From assembly GCF_009914755.1 (NCBI RefSeq), contig NC_060942.1: a DNA stretch of 64,000 bases, one strand, 5' to 3'. The notes under the pieces are model-generated. The model saw only the letters and a program-made list of their open reading frames with translations. It had not been told where the DNA came from and did no database searches. Within the stretch, counting starts at the first letter, position 1; every line of letters starts with the position of its first letter. Below, one piece after another: positions 35,991 to 49,755 of the stretch. The translations under genes and the position numbers were made by a program. This DNA is from the human T2T-CHM13v2.0 reference genome, Homo sapiens.

Positions 35991-36905
35991 TTAGGTTACT
36001 TTGAAAGATGTAGTATAACAGCTAAACAAATTCCTTTATGGAACGGGTGTTTGTTTGTTAGTCACAGACACTAAATAGATATATGTATATTAGCCATCCA
36101 AATTGAAATAAAATTGGTATGATCATTAGGTGACTAATGTCCTTATTTATATCATACTTAGAATTTTTTGATCAATAGTTGAAAACTGAATTTGGATCAA
36201 AAGTGACAATTGATTTTTCTTTGAATATAGACTCTAATGTAATATACAGTAAGATTTCACAGAGTCATAATGAGTAAAGCAGGCAAATGAGATCCCCAGT
36301 ACAGATCTGTATCCACAATGTCAATGATAGCTTGCAACAGTGGAGATTTGCATGCCATTGATTTCAACTGGCAATCTCCTTGCAGAGATGACTGTTTTTA
36401 GGGAGGCAGGTATTGGCAAAAATGTTCTCAGAATGGCATCAACATATCTGGATCCAGCAGTCACTGATGAATTTTATACTGACATCTTTTTATTCAGATT
36501 CACACATTTATCACTGATAAAGATGGAATAGTCAATAGTCATACTTGTAGATACTACAACATTGGCAGGAACATAAATGTCTTGGTCTTGGTCAGAATTG
36601 TCTGCTTTATGCACGAGGTACTCAAACCTTCCTGACTTTTCACTGCTATAATTCTGAAATTGGTTCTTTTGTCTTCTGCCCATTGCTGAAATACTTGCTG
36701 CCAGAAAGAAAAAAAAAATATGGCAAAGGGGAAAAGCTTTATGAAGGATGAAACACTTAAGTTGTAAGGCCTAGTGCAAAGACAAACATGAAGCTTGGTT
36801 TCCCATTAAGATATGTTTTCTCTCTCTTTTACGGACTTGCAATGTTTTCTTAGTAAAGATAACACAATATGGTGGATAATCATTCATAATAAAGTATGGA
36901 ATAAT
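35991..36905 (-). pseudogene. Dynein relic: AAA4
   Basis: YPPYCVIFTK..RERKHILMGNQAS vs MNLVLF....QPRGHALLVGVGGSG; GMQIS/PLLQAIIDIVDTD..GSHLPALL vs DTQI.E.FLEDINNLLNSGEVPNLF; P*RNLFSCYT vs PSLINCCT. Confidence 0.55.
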
Positions 36906-36914
36906 CTGAACACA

Positions 36915-37040
36915 AAAACTGGTTCCTCTATTTACTGGCTGTGCAACTTTGGGGCAAAATAAGTCTACCCCAGGCTTCACCTTTCTCATCTTTAACATAA
37001 GGACAATAATCATGACATACCATTTTTTTTGTGCCACTAA
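36915..37040. mobile_element. MIR fragment
   Basis: tttactggctgtgcaactttggggcaa...tttctcatctttaa core. Confidence 0.6.
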
Positions 37041-38516
37041 GAAAAAAAAAAGATCTTGCAGATAAAATATGATTCACTGCTTTTCACTTATGATAATTTT
37101 ATATTTATCGATTTAGTTGTTTATTGGATATAGACATATATAATTTTTATGCATGCATAAAATAAAAATATAAGATAAATAAGTTTGTCAAAGGATCTGT
37201 GAAACTTCTCCATTTTCAACATCTGACTTTTCTATATCACTTTTGGATTCAGAATTCATGCACATCTGTTTTATTCTGCACAATATAGTTCTCTGGGTCA
37301 TCAAAAAGATTGGTGATTCAGTATTTCTTATCATAATACATAAAAGAACTGAAAGTTATTGATGCCTGATTTTTATCCTACCTTTGATATTATATACAAC
37401 CAATCTACTTTTGAATCCTGTTCTAGGAAAATGGTTTAAAAGTCCTGAATCATCCCATTGCTCTTCCTATATTCATCATCATTCAGACATAAGAAAGTAC
37501 TCCACTGTCCTGAGGTTTCCCTCAATCTTCTGCTACTGAATCTGAAGTTTTTATACTGGCAGTTTTTAATGTTCCTGCATGTATAGGCAATAACATCTAA
37601 ACCAGAGTTGTCATCTAGCTAACAAAAATCATGAGATGTCATGATTGTAAAAAAAATAATTCTGGCAGCAGAGACATTAAAATGTAAAACAAAAGTGTCT
37701 TAGAATTGATTAATTATGGCAATGCTTATTTCATGGGTTGCATATATGATGAATGGGTATAAAGTATGTAAGTACTTGCGTCATTTACCTCACTTTACCA
37801 ATTATAATATTAATTCCATAGATTATGTTACATCCTTATAGAGGAAGGGTTATAAACCTTACATCTCTATAGCTATTAGATTTTTATTTAAATTGTGTCT
37901 CTGATTATTAAAAAAAAAACTTAATTTCAATACAGTTTCAAAGTAATTGATTTTAATTATTTATTGGTTTCTGGAGCAACAATGTATCTTCTTAAATGTT
38001 TGAAACCATCTAGTAAATTCCCATTCCTTTTCTTAGATTGAAAGTCACCTGTAAGAGATATCTCTTCTCTGTAGGGAACTTACCATAGCTTGCTAGGTGG
38101 TTGAAGCAAGTGTGATAAAATTTATTGAAAGATGGCAATAAATAGGTTAAGACTACAATTCCTTTAATGTAAGTATTTAGAACACCAACTTTTCAACTTA
38201 TGATGCATTTGTTGGGATGAACCCTATTGTAAGTTGAGTATTACTTTCTCACTGTTGTAAAGCCACTGAAATTTCTGTAACTGTCAGAACACCAGAACAT
38301 CTTATCTTGTTAGTATTTACCTAATTGTTTTATTATTTTTTGAGTAATCTGTGTGCACCAATTTCAGCACACTTCAGTGAAAACACAGCAGGCAGAGATG
38401 AATCAGAAAGCAATTTCAGACATCCTGGGATCTGAAAATCCTAAATAAGACTAAGTTTTAGAGTCCCTCATTTACTGTAGGAGCAAGACTTAGTAACCCC
38501 TCAGCAGCATTAGCTT

Positions 38517-38991
38517 TGAAACCCACCCAATCTCCTACAGAGCTGATGCTTATGGTTTCTTTGAATAAACATAGAAATTAATCCTCACAGTCTTAACACT
38601 TGAGAAAGTTACATTTGTCTTATCTAAGTCCCTCTCTCAGGAAACCAAGCACCAGGTCTGCCAGATAGTAACAAGAAGCTGCAACTTACAAGATCCCTGC
38701 ATCTGGACAATGAGACACCAGACTCCTCACCCATCATGACTGTCTAACCAACCACTTGCTTCCTGTTAACCAATTTGTCTTCCCTACCCTTCTCTAATTC
38801 CTGTTTTTCTACACATGGTTACATTTCTTCCCTTCTATATAAATCCCTAATTTTAGTTAGTCAGAGAGCTGGAATTGAGACTGATCTCCCATCTCCTCAG
38901 CTGCAGCACCCAACTAATACTTGTTGTCTCAGTGATTGGCTTTCTGTGTGGCAAGCAAGACCTAGATTGAACCCTTGGTGTTTCAGTAACA
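38517..38991 (+). mobile_element. ERV1 solo LTR (MER39/LTR29-like)
   Basis: tgaaac...gtttcagtaaca termini; TSD gctt on both sides; TATA-like ctatataaa. Confidence 0.8.
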
Positions 38992-39927
38992 GCTTAGCAA
39001 GTCTATCCTTCTTTTCCTTCCTAATACACACATTTCAAGCAAATACCAAATACAGACTTATCTGTATTGCTACAATAGCTGTTTGAATCACTCAAGAGAG
39101 GAAAGGTGCAGCATCAGCAAAATCAATCAATTCCACAGTCCTTCAGCTCCCTCCCTTTCAGGGGGAGTTGGATGTCTCATTGGTATTAGTATGTGTGGCT
39201 TTGCCCTAGCATACATTATGTTGAGCAACACTTCTGAACTTCCAGGCTCACTTGTTTCCAATAAACTGGAATTAATATTTTCTTATTGATCCTGGAGTTA
39301 TCCCCATGTGGATGTAGTTGGCCCTCTCATTAGGCAAACTTTTTATCCTTTATCATTATATTGGGGCACCTCTGAAAGCACATGTTTTTCTCACTACTCC
39401 AAGAAAAAAGTTTGCTTTATTTGGTTTTGTTTCTTCCTGACTCAAGACATGAAATCAGTTAATATTCTGAGGATCCCTAATTCCTTCATGCAGAGAATAG
39501 TAATAGAGAATAAATTTTATACCATCCCCCTACACTTAATGGAAAGAAGCTTTTAAAAAGCCTAGTATCCAGAAGGGCTTACACAAGAGTGCATATCTGC
39601 AAATATACTTGAGATGTTTCTTATGTTTTGTGCATTTTACTGTTTGTAAATTATGCTACAACTTAAATTAAAAAAAAAACACTACAGTGGCTAAGAAGAA
39701 TTAAAACTCAGTCAAATAATTGTAAGTTCAGGTTGGTATTTTAATTTTAACTAAATTCCTTTTACCTCCCTATGATATTTTATTAAACTTTTAATTATGA
39801 TTATTAACTAATTAAGCTTATTAAACTTATTTCCTTTTAATAACTTTAGTGTATCCTGTGTTCAGATGCCAAATATGTTTTTGAACTTGAGTATGGTTTC
39901 TGAATGTAGAAGTATTTATTTTTAACC

Positions 39928-40094
39928 TTTTTTTTTTTTTTTTTTTAGATATAGGGTCTCACTCTGTTGCTCAGACGAGTGCAGTGGTGCAATCATAGCT
40001 CACTGTAACTTTGAACTCCTTGGCTCAGGCAATCCTCCTGCCTGGTCCTCCCAAAATGCTGGGATTACAGGTCTGAGCCACTGTACCTGGCCTA
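39928..40094 (-). mobile_element. FLAM/AluJ-type monomeric fragment
   Basis: Poly(T) followed by antisense Alu monomer. Confidence 0.85.
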
Positions 40095-40129
40095 GTTTCG
40101 TATTTAAAAAATAAAAATACAAATTGACT

Positions 40130-40528
40130 TTCTGCTCATGTATCAAGGAATTTGCTCCAAATAAACAAGTCCAGAAAATCTCTTCCCAGCATCATTTGAG
40201 CACAACTATGTAAAAAGAAATCTCTCAAAAATAAAAATAATTTTCCCCAAGGGAATATTGAAGAATCCCTTAGCATAAAACATTCAGGATCTAATAAACG
40301 CCCAAGAAAAGTAAACAGCCATAAGAATAAAAAACATAGTTAAATATAGCCTTTCTGTATTATTTAAAATCTTGTTTTAATGCTCCTTCCTCTTGGGGAC
40401 TATTGTCATTATTTATATTTGATCACAGGCAGATACACTATCAAACTCCAATTTTTCAAAAAGACTTAATAGATATAGATATTCTCCAACTCAGTATACA
40501 TGTAAGTTCAATTTTTAATTGAAGATGC
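40130..40528 (-). pseudogene. Dynein relic: AAA3 lid
   Basis: Acceptor tttacag; LWLFTFLGRLLDPE vs LW.HE..RVF.DRLVD.E; DLFIWSKFLD vs .LIFGDFMD. Confidence 0.45.
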
Positions 40529-40649
40529 CTGTAAATTCACATAAATTAATATGAAGTTCAAGCATATTAAAATATTTTACTGAAACTCAAAGTGGAACAG
40601 TTTCTGTAGGTTCTATTCTGGTTGAGTCTCACAAAAAAAGTTATTAATG

Positions 40650-41045
40650 TGTTAGAATTTTCACACATTTATTTGCAGTTCCAGGTTTGTGCTAAATTTA
40701 TGTGTTACATGATAACTTCATAGGTAAATTTTGGACAGTTTTGGTCCAATGCACTCTTGCTCCATAAAATAAAAAGTCACTTTCTTCAGTGATGGATGGG
40801 GTTGAATAACAACTCTGATTTGTTGAGTGTTGAGTAATAATGTGTGTGAATTAAAGTTTTGCCACAATCCTAACATGCCTACCAGACATTTACTCTCCTC
40901 CTTGGACCAGACTGGGCCCAGGGCAATCATTTATTTTTCTTGTCAGAAGTTGCTTGTTGTTTGGGTCCAAGAAATGTGGCTGCTTGTTATTAATTAGTAT
41001 CCTGAAGGCTGATAATAATGGAGAGTCTCATTTGCTTTGAATTTC
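40650..41045 (-). pseudogene. Dynein relic: AAA3 C-terminal half
   Basis: Acceptor tttag at 41046-47; MIALGP...GLWQNFNSHTL (ORF 40718-40930) vs FVAAMGP...RLMRHFN.L. Confidence 0.5.
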
Positions 41046-41674
41046 CTAAAAAATCTATGTAAGGCCAGCTTCAGGCTTTGTTACCCTCACTCTAAAGTGA
41101 TAGAGATTCTCTGACATCTTCAAGTGAGGAGAGCAGACGCCTGGGCCACAGCTTCAGTCTAACAGGGTACAGGGCACCTCCTGCATTTCTTCCATTCACT
41201 TACTCTCTCTTTTACTTATGTAGTTTTTACTATTTTTTTTTTTGCATGAGAGCCAGGAAATACAGTCAGTTTTATTTCATCAGAGCTTGTTTGTTCCATC
41301 TTTCTAAAATATAAAGTGAGTTAGATTTTTACTGGGCTATGAAATCAGTAGCATGGGTCTGAGCCCTGATACCAGTTTTGATTTACAAAAACACTTGCTT
41401 CTTTTCCAACTTACATTCACATGCCAGAAAAACACAGAATGTCCAGTTAAGTTTAAATTTTAAGTAAAATGTTATCCATTGCTAATTCAAAATTCAAATT
41501 TAACTGAACAGCCTGTAATTTTATCTGCTAGTTCTGTCAACCCATCTACACTCAGCGAGCTAGAACCCAGCACCTACAAATACTAGGCTGAGAAGCAAAG
41601 CTTTTATTTATAGATATTCCAAAGGTGAACTTGAAGGCATGTTAAATTTTCACTGATTGCAGAAGCAAAGAGCA

Positions 41675-42125
41675 AATTCATTGGCTGCTGTAACCAATTA
41701 GCACAAATTTGGTGGCATAAATCTATTATCTTACAGTTCTGGAGGCCAGAAGTCCAAAATCTGAAGTCCAGGTGTCTGAAGGCCATGCTCCCTCCGAGGA
41801 TCTAGAAGAGAATCCTTTCTTGCTTCTTGCATATTCTGGTGGCTCCTGGCATTCTTTGGTTTACGGTTGCATCCCTCCAATCTCTGTCTCCTTGGTCACA
41901 TTGATTTTTCCTTATCTGTGTGAAATCACCCTTTGTCTCCCACTTATAAGGACACCTATAATTACATTTAGAACCCAGCTAGGAAACTCAGGATAATATC
42001 GCCAGTTCAAAATTCTTAACTGATGAATCACACCAGTGAAGTCTTTGCCAAAAAATGTGACATTCACCAGTTATAGCAGTTAAGATGCTGACATCCTTGG
42101 GGGACACTATTCAGTCTACCACACT
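41675..42125. mobile_element. MLT1-type MaLR LTR
   Basis: ttacagttctggaggccagaagtccaaaat...cactattcagtctaccaca. Confidence 0.8.
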
Positions 42126-42152
42126 ATAATTGTGTAGAATTTTCAAACCTTC

Positions 42153-42568
42153 GGTGTCAGTCCATTCTCATGTTGCTATAAATACCCGATGCTAGGTAAT
42201 TTCTAAAGAAAAGGGGTTTAATTGGCTCATGGTTCTGCTCGCTGTACAGCAAGCGTGGAGCTGTCATCTGCTTCTGGTGAGACTTGGTGAAGCTGATAAT
42301 CATGGTGGTAGACAACAGGGAGCCAGCATGTGACATGGCAGAAGCAGCAGCAAGAGAGGGAAGAGTTGCCACCCTCTTTTAAACAACCAGAGCTCTTGTG
42401 AACTAAGAACGAGAACTCACTCGTTATAGCGAGGACAGCACCAAGCCATTCATGGAGGATTCGCCACGGTGACCCAGACATCTCCCACCAGGCCCCACCT
42501 CAAACACTGAGAATCACTGACATTTCAAGATGAGATCTGGAACAGACAAACATCCGAACCAAATCACC
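42153..42568 (-). mobile_element. MST-type MaLR LTR
   Basis: tgtcagtccatt...ggtttaattggctcatggttctgc...atccgaaccaaatca. Confidence 0.85.
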
Positions 42569-42760
42569 TTCATTTGGAAGTGAGAATCTACCATTTTAGA
42601 GAGCCGTCCAGCATCTTGCAGTTGTTGTTCAACTGTAGCTCCAAAGATGAGCGGTCTGTGAGTCCGAACCTTCTGGATCACAGTCTCCATGGGTAAAGCT
42701 TGACAATGTAACCAAACCAAACTCCCCAGTGACATGTGGACACACTAAATTTGGGAATAA

Positions 42761-43087
<327 letters not shown>

Positions 43088-43399
43088 AGAACAAATACAT
43101 AATTTTCTAAGAACGGGAATCATGAAATGAGCTGCTTCTGTTCCAATCCGAAATCCACATTCTACATGTTTAATCTCAGAAAATTTACATGAACACCACT
43201 GGCTTCCATTTTCTTTTATGTAACAGGATGCTGGTAATTACACCTGGCTCATATAGTTTTTGATAAGATTAAGGGAATTAATTAACGTAAAGTGCTTAGC
43301 ACTGGGCCTAGTTTATAGAAAATGCCCAAGAAATATTAGCTGCTTTATCAGAATTAATAGCATGACTGCTATTATTGTTATTAAACTATTGTAGATTAG

Positions 43400-43630
43400 G
43401 AAGGTGCAAAAGAAAGCAGTCTAATGAGGTTTCATTTAAATGGTCGAAGTTCCTGCTAGCTGGTAATGAGTGGATAGCATAATAGGATAGCCTCTAAGGC
43501 ATCTAAATGTTTCCAAGTTATGACCCATGTGTACACATGGCTTATGGTATAGCAGATATAGAAAGATAGTTTTGAAGTGTAATTTCTATATATAAATGCG
43601 GTATTTAAACTAAGATTCATCTCCTGATAC
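43400..43630 (-). pseudogene. Possible dynein relic: AAA3 P-loop region
   Basis: CLRGYPIMLS...AGTSTI vs LL...RPVMLVG.AGTGKS; position fits the domain order but the match is weak. Confidence 0.3.
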
Positions 43631-43705
43631 TGACTTAAAACAAATGTTTTTAATGATAAAAAGTTTTAAACATAACACTGAAATAGAAAATGCTTTACAT
43701 TCACT

Positions 43706-43890
43706 AGGCTGTGTTTAAAAAAGTCTTTTACATAGTAGAACACGTTTCAACACAGGCTGTGTTGAAAAAAATCTTTTACGTAGTAGAACACGTTTCAACA
43801 CAGGCTGTGTTGAAAAAAATCTTTTACATAGTAGAACACATTTCAACACAGCCTGTGTTGGAAAAAATCTTTTACATAGTAGAACACATT
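43706..43890. repeat. 48-bp tandem repeat (~3.9 copies) containing a palindrome
   Basis: Units start at 43706, 43754, 43802 and 43850; consensus aggctgtgttgaaaaaaatcttttacatagtagaacacgtttcaacac. Confidence 0.95.
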
Positions 43891-44395
43891 GAATTTATTT
43901 AAAAACCAAAAATACGTTTATAAAGAACGTTTTCTCTATTCTAAAAGTTCAAAAATTGGTGGCAATATAAATTCACATATTTAGCAATGAAAGCCCTAAG
44001 CTAAAGTATTTTCAAGTATATATCAATTTAGTATAGCATATAGGTTAAAGCATACATTTGAGTCCTTTAAATCATATTTCAATATATATTCATGTACAGA
44101 GCTTTCTAAATCTTTTCCTAAAAATTAGATTTTTTGAAAATAGACCATTACTGTGATTATTGAAAGTTACATTACATTAGATTGGTTTTATAATGCCACC
44201 TAACTCACACAAATACTGGCATTTTGCTGTAGTCCTTTGGATAATTCAGCTAAACAATGAGGCTGTATATTTCATGCTTAGTTACAGGTTTCCCTAGATA
44301 AATTTATAATATGATACATCTCTGGGAGGCTGATATATCGAATAGTTTATTCTAAATATGTGTACCAAATAATTTATAAAATTTACCAAGTTTAC

Positions 44396-44780
44396 TATGT
44401 CAGTTGGCTTTGGTGACCATAACAAAATACCACAGGCTGAGCGGCTAAAACAACAGAAATTTATTTTCTTACAGTTCTTGAGACTGGAAGTCCAAGATCA
44501 AGGCAGATGCTGGCAGGGCTGCTTGCTCCTGAGGCCTCTCCCCTTGGCTTACAGACAGCTGCCAGTGTCCTTGCATGGCCTTTCCGCAGTGTGTGCCCTT
44601 CTAGTGTCTCATCTCTTCCTCTCCTTGCAAGGACACAGGGTCCTATTGAATTAGGGCCCCAGCCTATGATGTTTGTTCATCTTATTTATCTCCCTAGAGG
44701 TTCCCTTTCCCAATACAGTCGTATTGGGGGTTAGAGTCTTAACCCCTGAATTGTGGGAGAACACATTTCAGTTCATAACA
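44396..44780. mobile_element. MLT1A/B-type MaLR LTR
   Basis: cataacaaaataccacaggctg...tcagttcataaca; TSD tttac. Confidence 0.85.
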
Positions 44781-45420
44781 TTTACCAAATAATTATGTTG
44801 AAAGATTAAAATCATTCTTGGGGACTTAATTTCCTTTAGTAACTTACAGCAGGCATGATAAGACTTATAGTGTTCATTATTGCTGTTTTGGTAACATTCT
44901 GGCATTGTGCCTTCCAGGTGCTGAATAGCATTGTACATTTTAGAACCATTGTGTTTGGGAAAGACCGTGTGACTCACCCTTCCAGTGAGTGGATAAGAGA
45001 AATTATGGATGTTACTTCTGAGCCACAGTACGTAACTGCTGCCATATGCCTTATTCAAAATGCTACTCCCTCTGCCATAGAGACAAGCAGGCCTCTAAAC
45101 CGTGGCAGGGAAGATTCAGCTGTAACATATGGCATAACCTAACCTATACTGACTAATACAAGAATTGGTACAAGAAGAGGGCACTGAGGTACCAATGACA
45201 ACAACTACCAAAAAAAAAAAAAAAAAAAAACTCCAAAGTTAGAAAATAATGTATGTGGCAGAGGCAGTCAAGATGCAACTATTGGAGGTGGATGGAGCAT
45301 TAGTCATGTATGTATATATAACAGAGAAACATGTGTCAAAGGCATCAGGCATTTGATAACTTTGTAATACTAAGGAAAATAGATTATTAGCATGTGGTAA
45401 ATTCCATTGGATATATATAG

Positions 45421-45682
<262 letters not shown>

Positions 45683-46029
45683 GGAATTGAATGATTTTTA
45701 AGCAGAAATGATTGAGGAATAAGAAAAAGCTATAAATTTGTGGACATGAGTATTTGGAGGAACCAACTGCTTCTCACCTCCAGAGAGCAACACTTAAAAT
45801 TAAATAACACAGTTTATTAAAACTCTGCATACAGAAATGATTAAATCAATATTTCTTTCACTCCATTGGTAAACATTTTGGATTGGATTAAAGTGGTGCC
45901 CATTAACCCTAAAAATTGGACAAAATGGATCAAGTATAAGAGAGTAAGGGTGTAGCACTTGAACAATGGCAAAGAAGTCACAAGTAAGTTGAAAGGAAGA
46001 TGAGGGGAGAGGAGAGACACAGAAGCAAA

Positions 46030-46418
46030 GCGTAATGATTAAATTTTAGTGTCAACTTGGCTAGGCTATAGTGCCCAGTATTTTGCTCAAACACTAGTCT
46101 AGATGTTACTGTAAAGATGTTTTTAGATGTGATTAACATTTAAATCAGTATACTTTGAGTAAAGCAGATTATTCTCTACAGTGTGGGTTGGCCTCATCTA
46201 ATCAGTTAAAGGCCTTAAAAGTAAAGACTGAGATTTCCTGAAGAAGAAGTAACTGGGCCTCAAGGCTGCAACATAAAAACTACTCCTGAGTTTGCAACCT
46301 GCAAATTTCAGACTCAAGACTGTAATATCAACTGGTCCCTGAATTTCCAGCCTCCTGACCTGCTTTACAGATTTCAAACTTGCCAGACCCCATGATCTCA
46401 TGAGCCAATTAATACTCT

Positions 46419-46463
<45 letters not shown>

Positions 46464-46532
46464 AGAGAGAGACACACACACACATCTCCCTCCTATTGGT
46501 TCTGCTTTTCCTAAGATTCATAACTAATATAC
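46030..46532 (+). mobile_element. MLT2-type ERVL LTR with (TG)n
   Basis: gtgtcaacttggctagg...cctattggttctg...actaatatac. Confidence 0.85.
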
Positions 46533-46799
46533 AAGAAATATAGCAAATGCAAGAAGTATGTCTGAAATGTTATTGATGGAAAGACACTATTCAAATAATT
46601 AAGCAGCCTACCAAGTTCTTAAGAATATTATACGGAGAAAGAGATCCAAAAGTAAATTAGAATGTCTGTGTCTGTGGCCCTGTGAAACTGGAAATGATGA
46701 TTTTATTTCTAATATTCTATTGGCAAGAAGCAGACTGAGAAAAAGGCTCTGATCCCAGGAAGAAATGGGAAAACACATTTTATTTGTAGACTAAGAGAA

Positions 46800-48505
46800 T
46801 TATGATAAATGAATCTCAATTTTAGTTCTAGCATCCCTCTCATCCTTGAATAAGTAAAAGCCTCACAAACTGAAAATCATTGACTTTTCTTGTATCCATC
46901 AGAGAAATGAGGTTGTGGGGCAAACAACCACATAAATTCTGGGAAACAGGCACATTCACAGAGCCTTAGCTGAAAACTGCTTACTTAGAGCTGAAGCAGC
47001 TGGCACTGTAAACTAGTAGGGACACTTGTGGTAATTTTGATGAATTTCTGGGAGCTGAGTAGGGTGCCAGATTACAAGAGAGCCTTTAGAGGCCACAGTC
47101 TTAGCTGTACTCCCATACTTTTGTGGGATTTGCCTTAGGTACTCCACCAGATTTTCGCAATAAACATACAAATAATCCACTCCCAGATCTGCAATAAAGA
47201 GATGAAGAATAATTATTTTAAACAAACCAAGATCGTTCTCCATAGGAAAAGCATGTTTTCCAGGGAAAATATAAACAGCAGAGCTGGGAGAGGGTATTTC
47301 TCCCACTTCTGTCCCCTCTAGACTTTCTGTCTCACATAAAGAGGAAAACAACATCATCAACGGGGGTCAGAGCTTTGCAGAAATTTATTGGGGACACTGC
47401 AGGTCAGATTCCCAAATCACAGGCTCATTCAAACTCTGATATTTCTTTGGAAGATTATAGAATTCTCTCTCTTGCTTATCTTATTACCACAATTAACAGT
47501 CTCCAGCATATGAACTGACGCAACGAAAGCATCTGACCAACCCCCACAACCACTCATGACTTTGTCCCTAAGATTGGGAACATGACAAGGATGTCCACAC
47601 CACTCCTATTCAACAACATACTGGAAGTCTTAGCTGATGCAATAAGATGAGAAAAGGAATTAAAGGTATATGGAAAGGAAGAAATAAAACTCTCTATGTT
47701 CACAGATGACATGACCCAATGCAAAGAAAATCCCAAAGACTTGACCAAACAACATCTGGGAAGAAAGATTAAAATCATTCTTTGAAATTTAATTTCTATT
47801 AGTAATTTAGAAGAGGGATGATATGAATTATAGTCATAAGTGAGCATAGCAAGGTCACAGGATATGAGATTGATGTGCAAAATTAATTGTGTTCCTATAT
47901 ACCAGTAATAAACAATTGGAATTTGAAATATTAAAAATGTACCATTTACAATATGACCCCTACAAATGAAGCAATTGGATATAAATCTAACAAAAATGTT
48001 CAGGATCTATTGTGGAAAGCTAAACAACTCCCGTGAATCCAACAAAAGTCAAATTAAGAAGATGTGATAAGACTAGTCTTCTGCCTCTGAAGTCTTCTTA
48101 CCAAAATCTATAAGCCCCTTCTAATCATGATAAAAACATCAGAAATATAACAATTGAAGGAAATTCTGAAAAATACCAGATCAGTCCTGCTCAAAACTGC
48201 CAAGGTCATCAAAAACAAGGAAATTCTGAGAAATTGTCACAGTCAAGAAGGAAATAGGAAGACGTAATGACTAGATATAATGTAGTATGCTAAATGGAAC
48301 TATAGAACAGAAAATGGATACTAGGTAAAAAGTAAAGGAATACGAATAAAGAATATATTTTAGTTAACATTGTATCACTATTGTTTCATTAATGGTGACA
48401 AATGCATCGTACTTACTAAGATATAGTAGGGGAAACTGGGTGTGAAGTTTAAGGGAACTCTTGGTATTACCTTAATTTTTCTTTATATCTAAAACCATTC
48501 TAAAA
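46800..48505 (+). mobile_element. Old L1M fragments
   Basis: ORF2 RT-like 47560-48030 (ctcctattcaacaacatactggaagtc); L1M 3' UTR 48060-48500. Confidence 0.75.
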
Positions 48506-48859
48506 TATTTGATTTATGTGCTTGCAGATCAAGAAGAGTCACACTTCCCTGTTAACAGCAAGTCACTGCTGCTCATACATACACCCAATCTACAAGTTGT
48601 AATAGATAGTTAATTACAGAAATAATTTCCTGTGGGGATGACTGGGCATCTGCTGATTATATATTCATACTCCTAGCATGTGTTTTTTTCTTTTAAAATC
48701 TGAACTTCCTGACAGTAACAGACATAGAGGATGTTCAACTAAATTTCATTTTATACTGTTATGTTTACTAGTTTTAGTAGACTTCACCAGAGAGAGTAGA
48801 TTCAGATTTTACCAGTAAAGCTCATACCCACTTCCACAGTCACTAAATAGGCCTGAATA

Positions 48860-49340
48860 GGTCAAGATGAGGTAGAGTATGCTCTGGTGAAAGCAACTCT
48901 CAAAACTTCAATGGATTTTAAAAACAAAGGTTTATTTCTTGTTCGTGCAGCACGTTTGTTGCTAGTTCACTGAGGAGATCTGCTGCACGCTGTCCTCCAA
49001 GATCCAGGTACTCTCTGGAATGTTGCTTGAGCAGAGTGAAGAAGGGAAAAGCAGTTAAATGTTCTACCAGGAGACTCACATCTTTTCTGTTCATAATTCC
49101 TTGTGTAATATTAGTTATATGGCCACAGCCAAACACAAGGGAGGCCAGAACTGCAATTACAATGAGCCTGGAAGATGCAGTGCTGGAAATAGTTGACTAA
49201 GTGTATTAATGACTGACAGAGTCTACCCTTTTGTCACCAAATAGCCATGTATGCTTTCTTTCAGAGGCAAAATGAACTTCCCAGTCCCAAGAGGAATGAC
49301 CTGTAAGTCCCATTCAATTAAAACATCAAGATCAAGGTCC
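48860..49340. mobile_element. Old MLT1 (J/K-like) LTR
   Basis: aaaacaaaggtttatttcttgttc...ttagttatatggccacagccaaac. Confidence 0.55.
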
Positions 49341-49755
49341 ATCATCTCTCAGCAGATGCCCAGTGGGAAAATACTATTGGAAAATATAATAAAAATAGGC
49401 AAATACTAATATTTCTCCAGGACAAGTTAAATCTTATCATTCTCTTTATGTCTTTATCCCACAAGTCTTGTATCCCATTAACTCATGACATTGTCTCCAA
49501 ACTCAATAGACAAAAAAAAGTATCAGAAGTGGCATTTGTGAGATATCACCCCAGCATTTATTTGCCTATAAAGCTATTTTTCTGTATCCATTCTCACCTC
49601 CTGTCTTTCAGTCTCATATTAAATCTTAGAATTTTAACTGGAAATCATTTCTCAATATCAGATATTGAGTTTAGGAATAATATCATATTTGTAAATATGC
49701 TGCTCTTAACGGTGATTGTAATCATATCGAATTAGATGAGCATATTTTAACTTAC

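Noticed and set aside
43706-43902. CRISPR-like array, or the 16-aa-repeat ORF 43711-43902
   Set aside because: The intervening sequences are near-identical rather than unique spacers, the context is eukaryotic with no cas genes, and the ORF arises only because 48 is divisible by 3.
44150-44350. Possible additional dynein exon before AAA3 (KLFDI...YPKDYSKMPVFV)
   Set aside because: The position fits but the similarity is too weak to call by eye.
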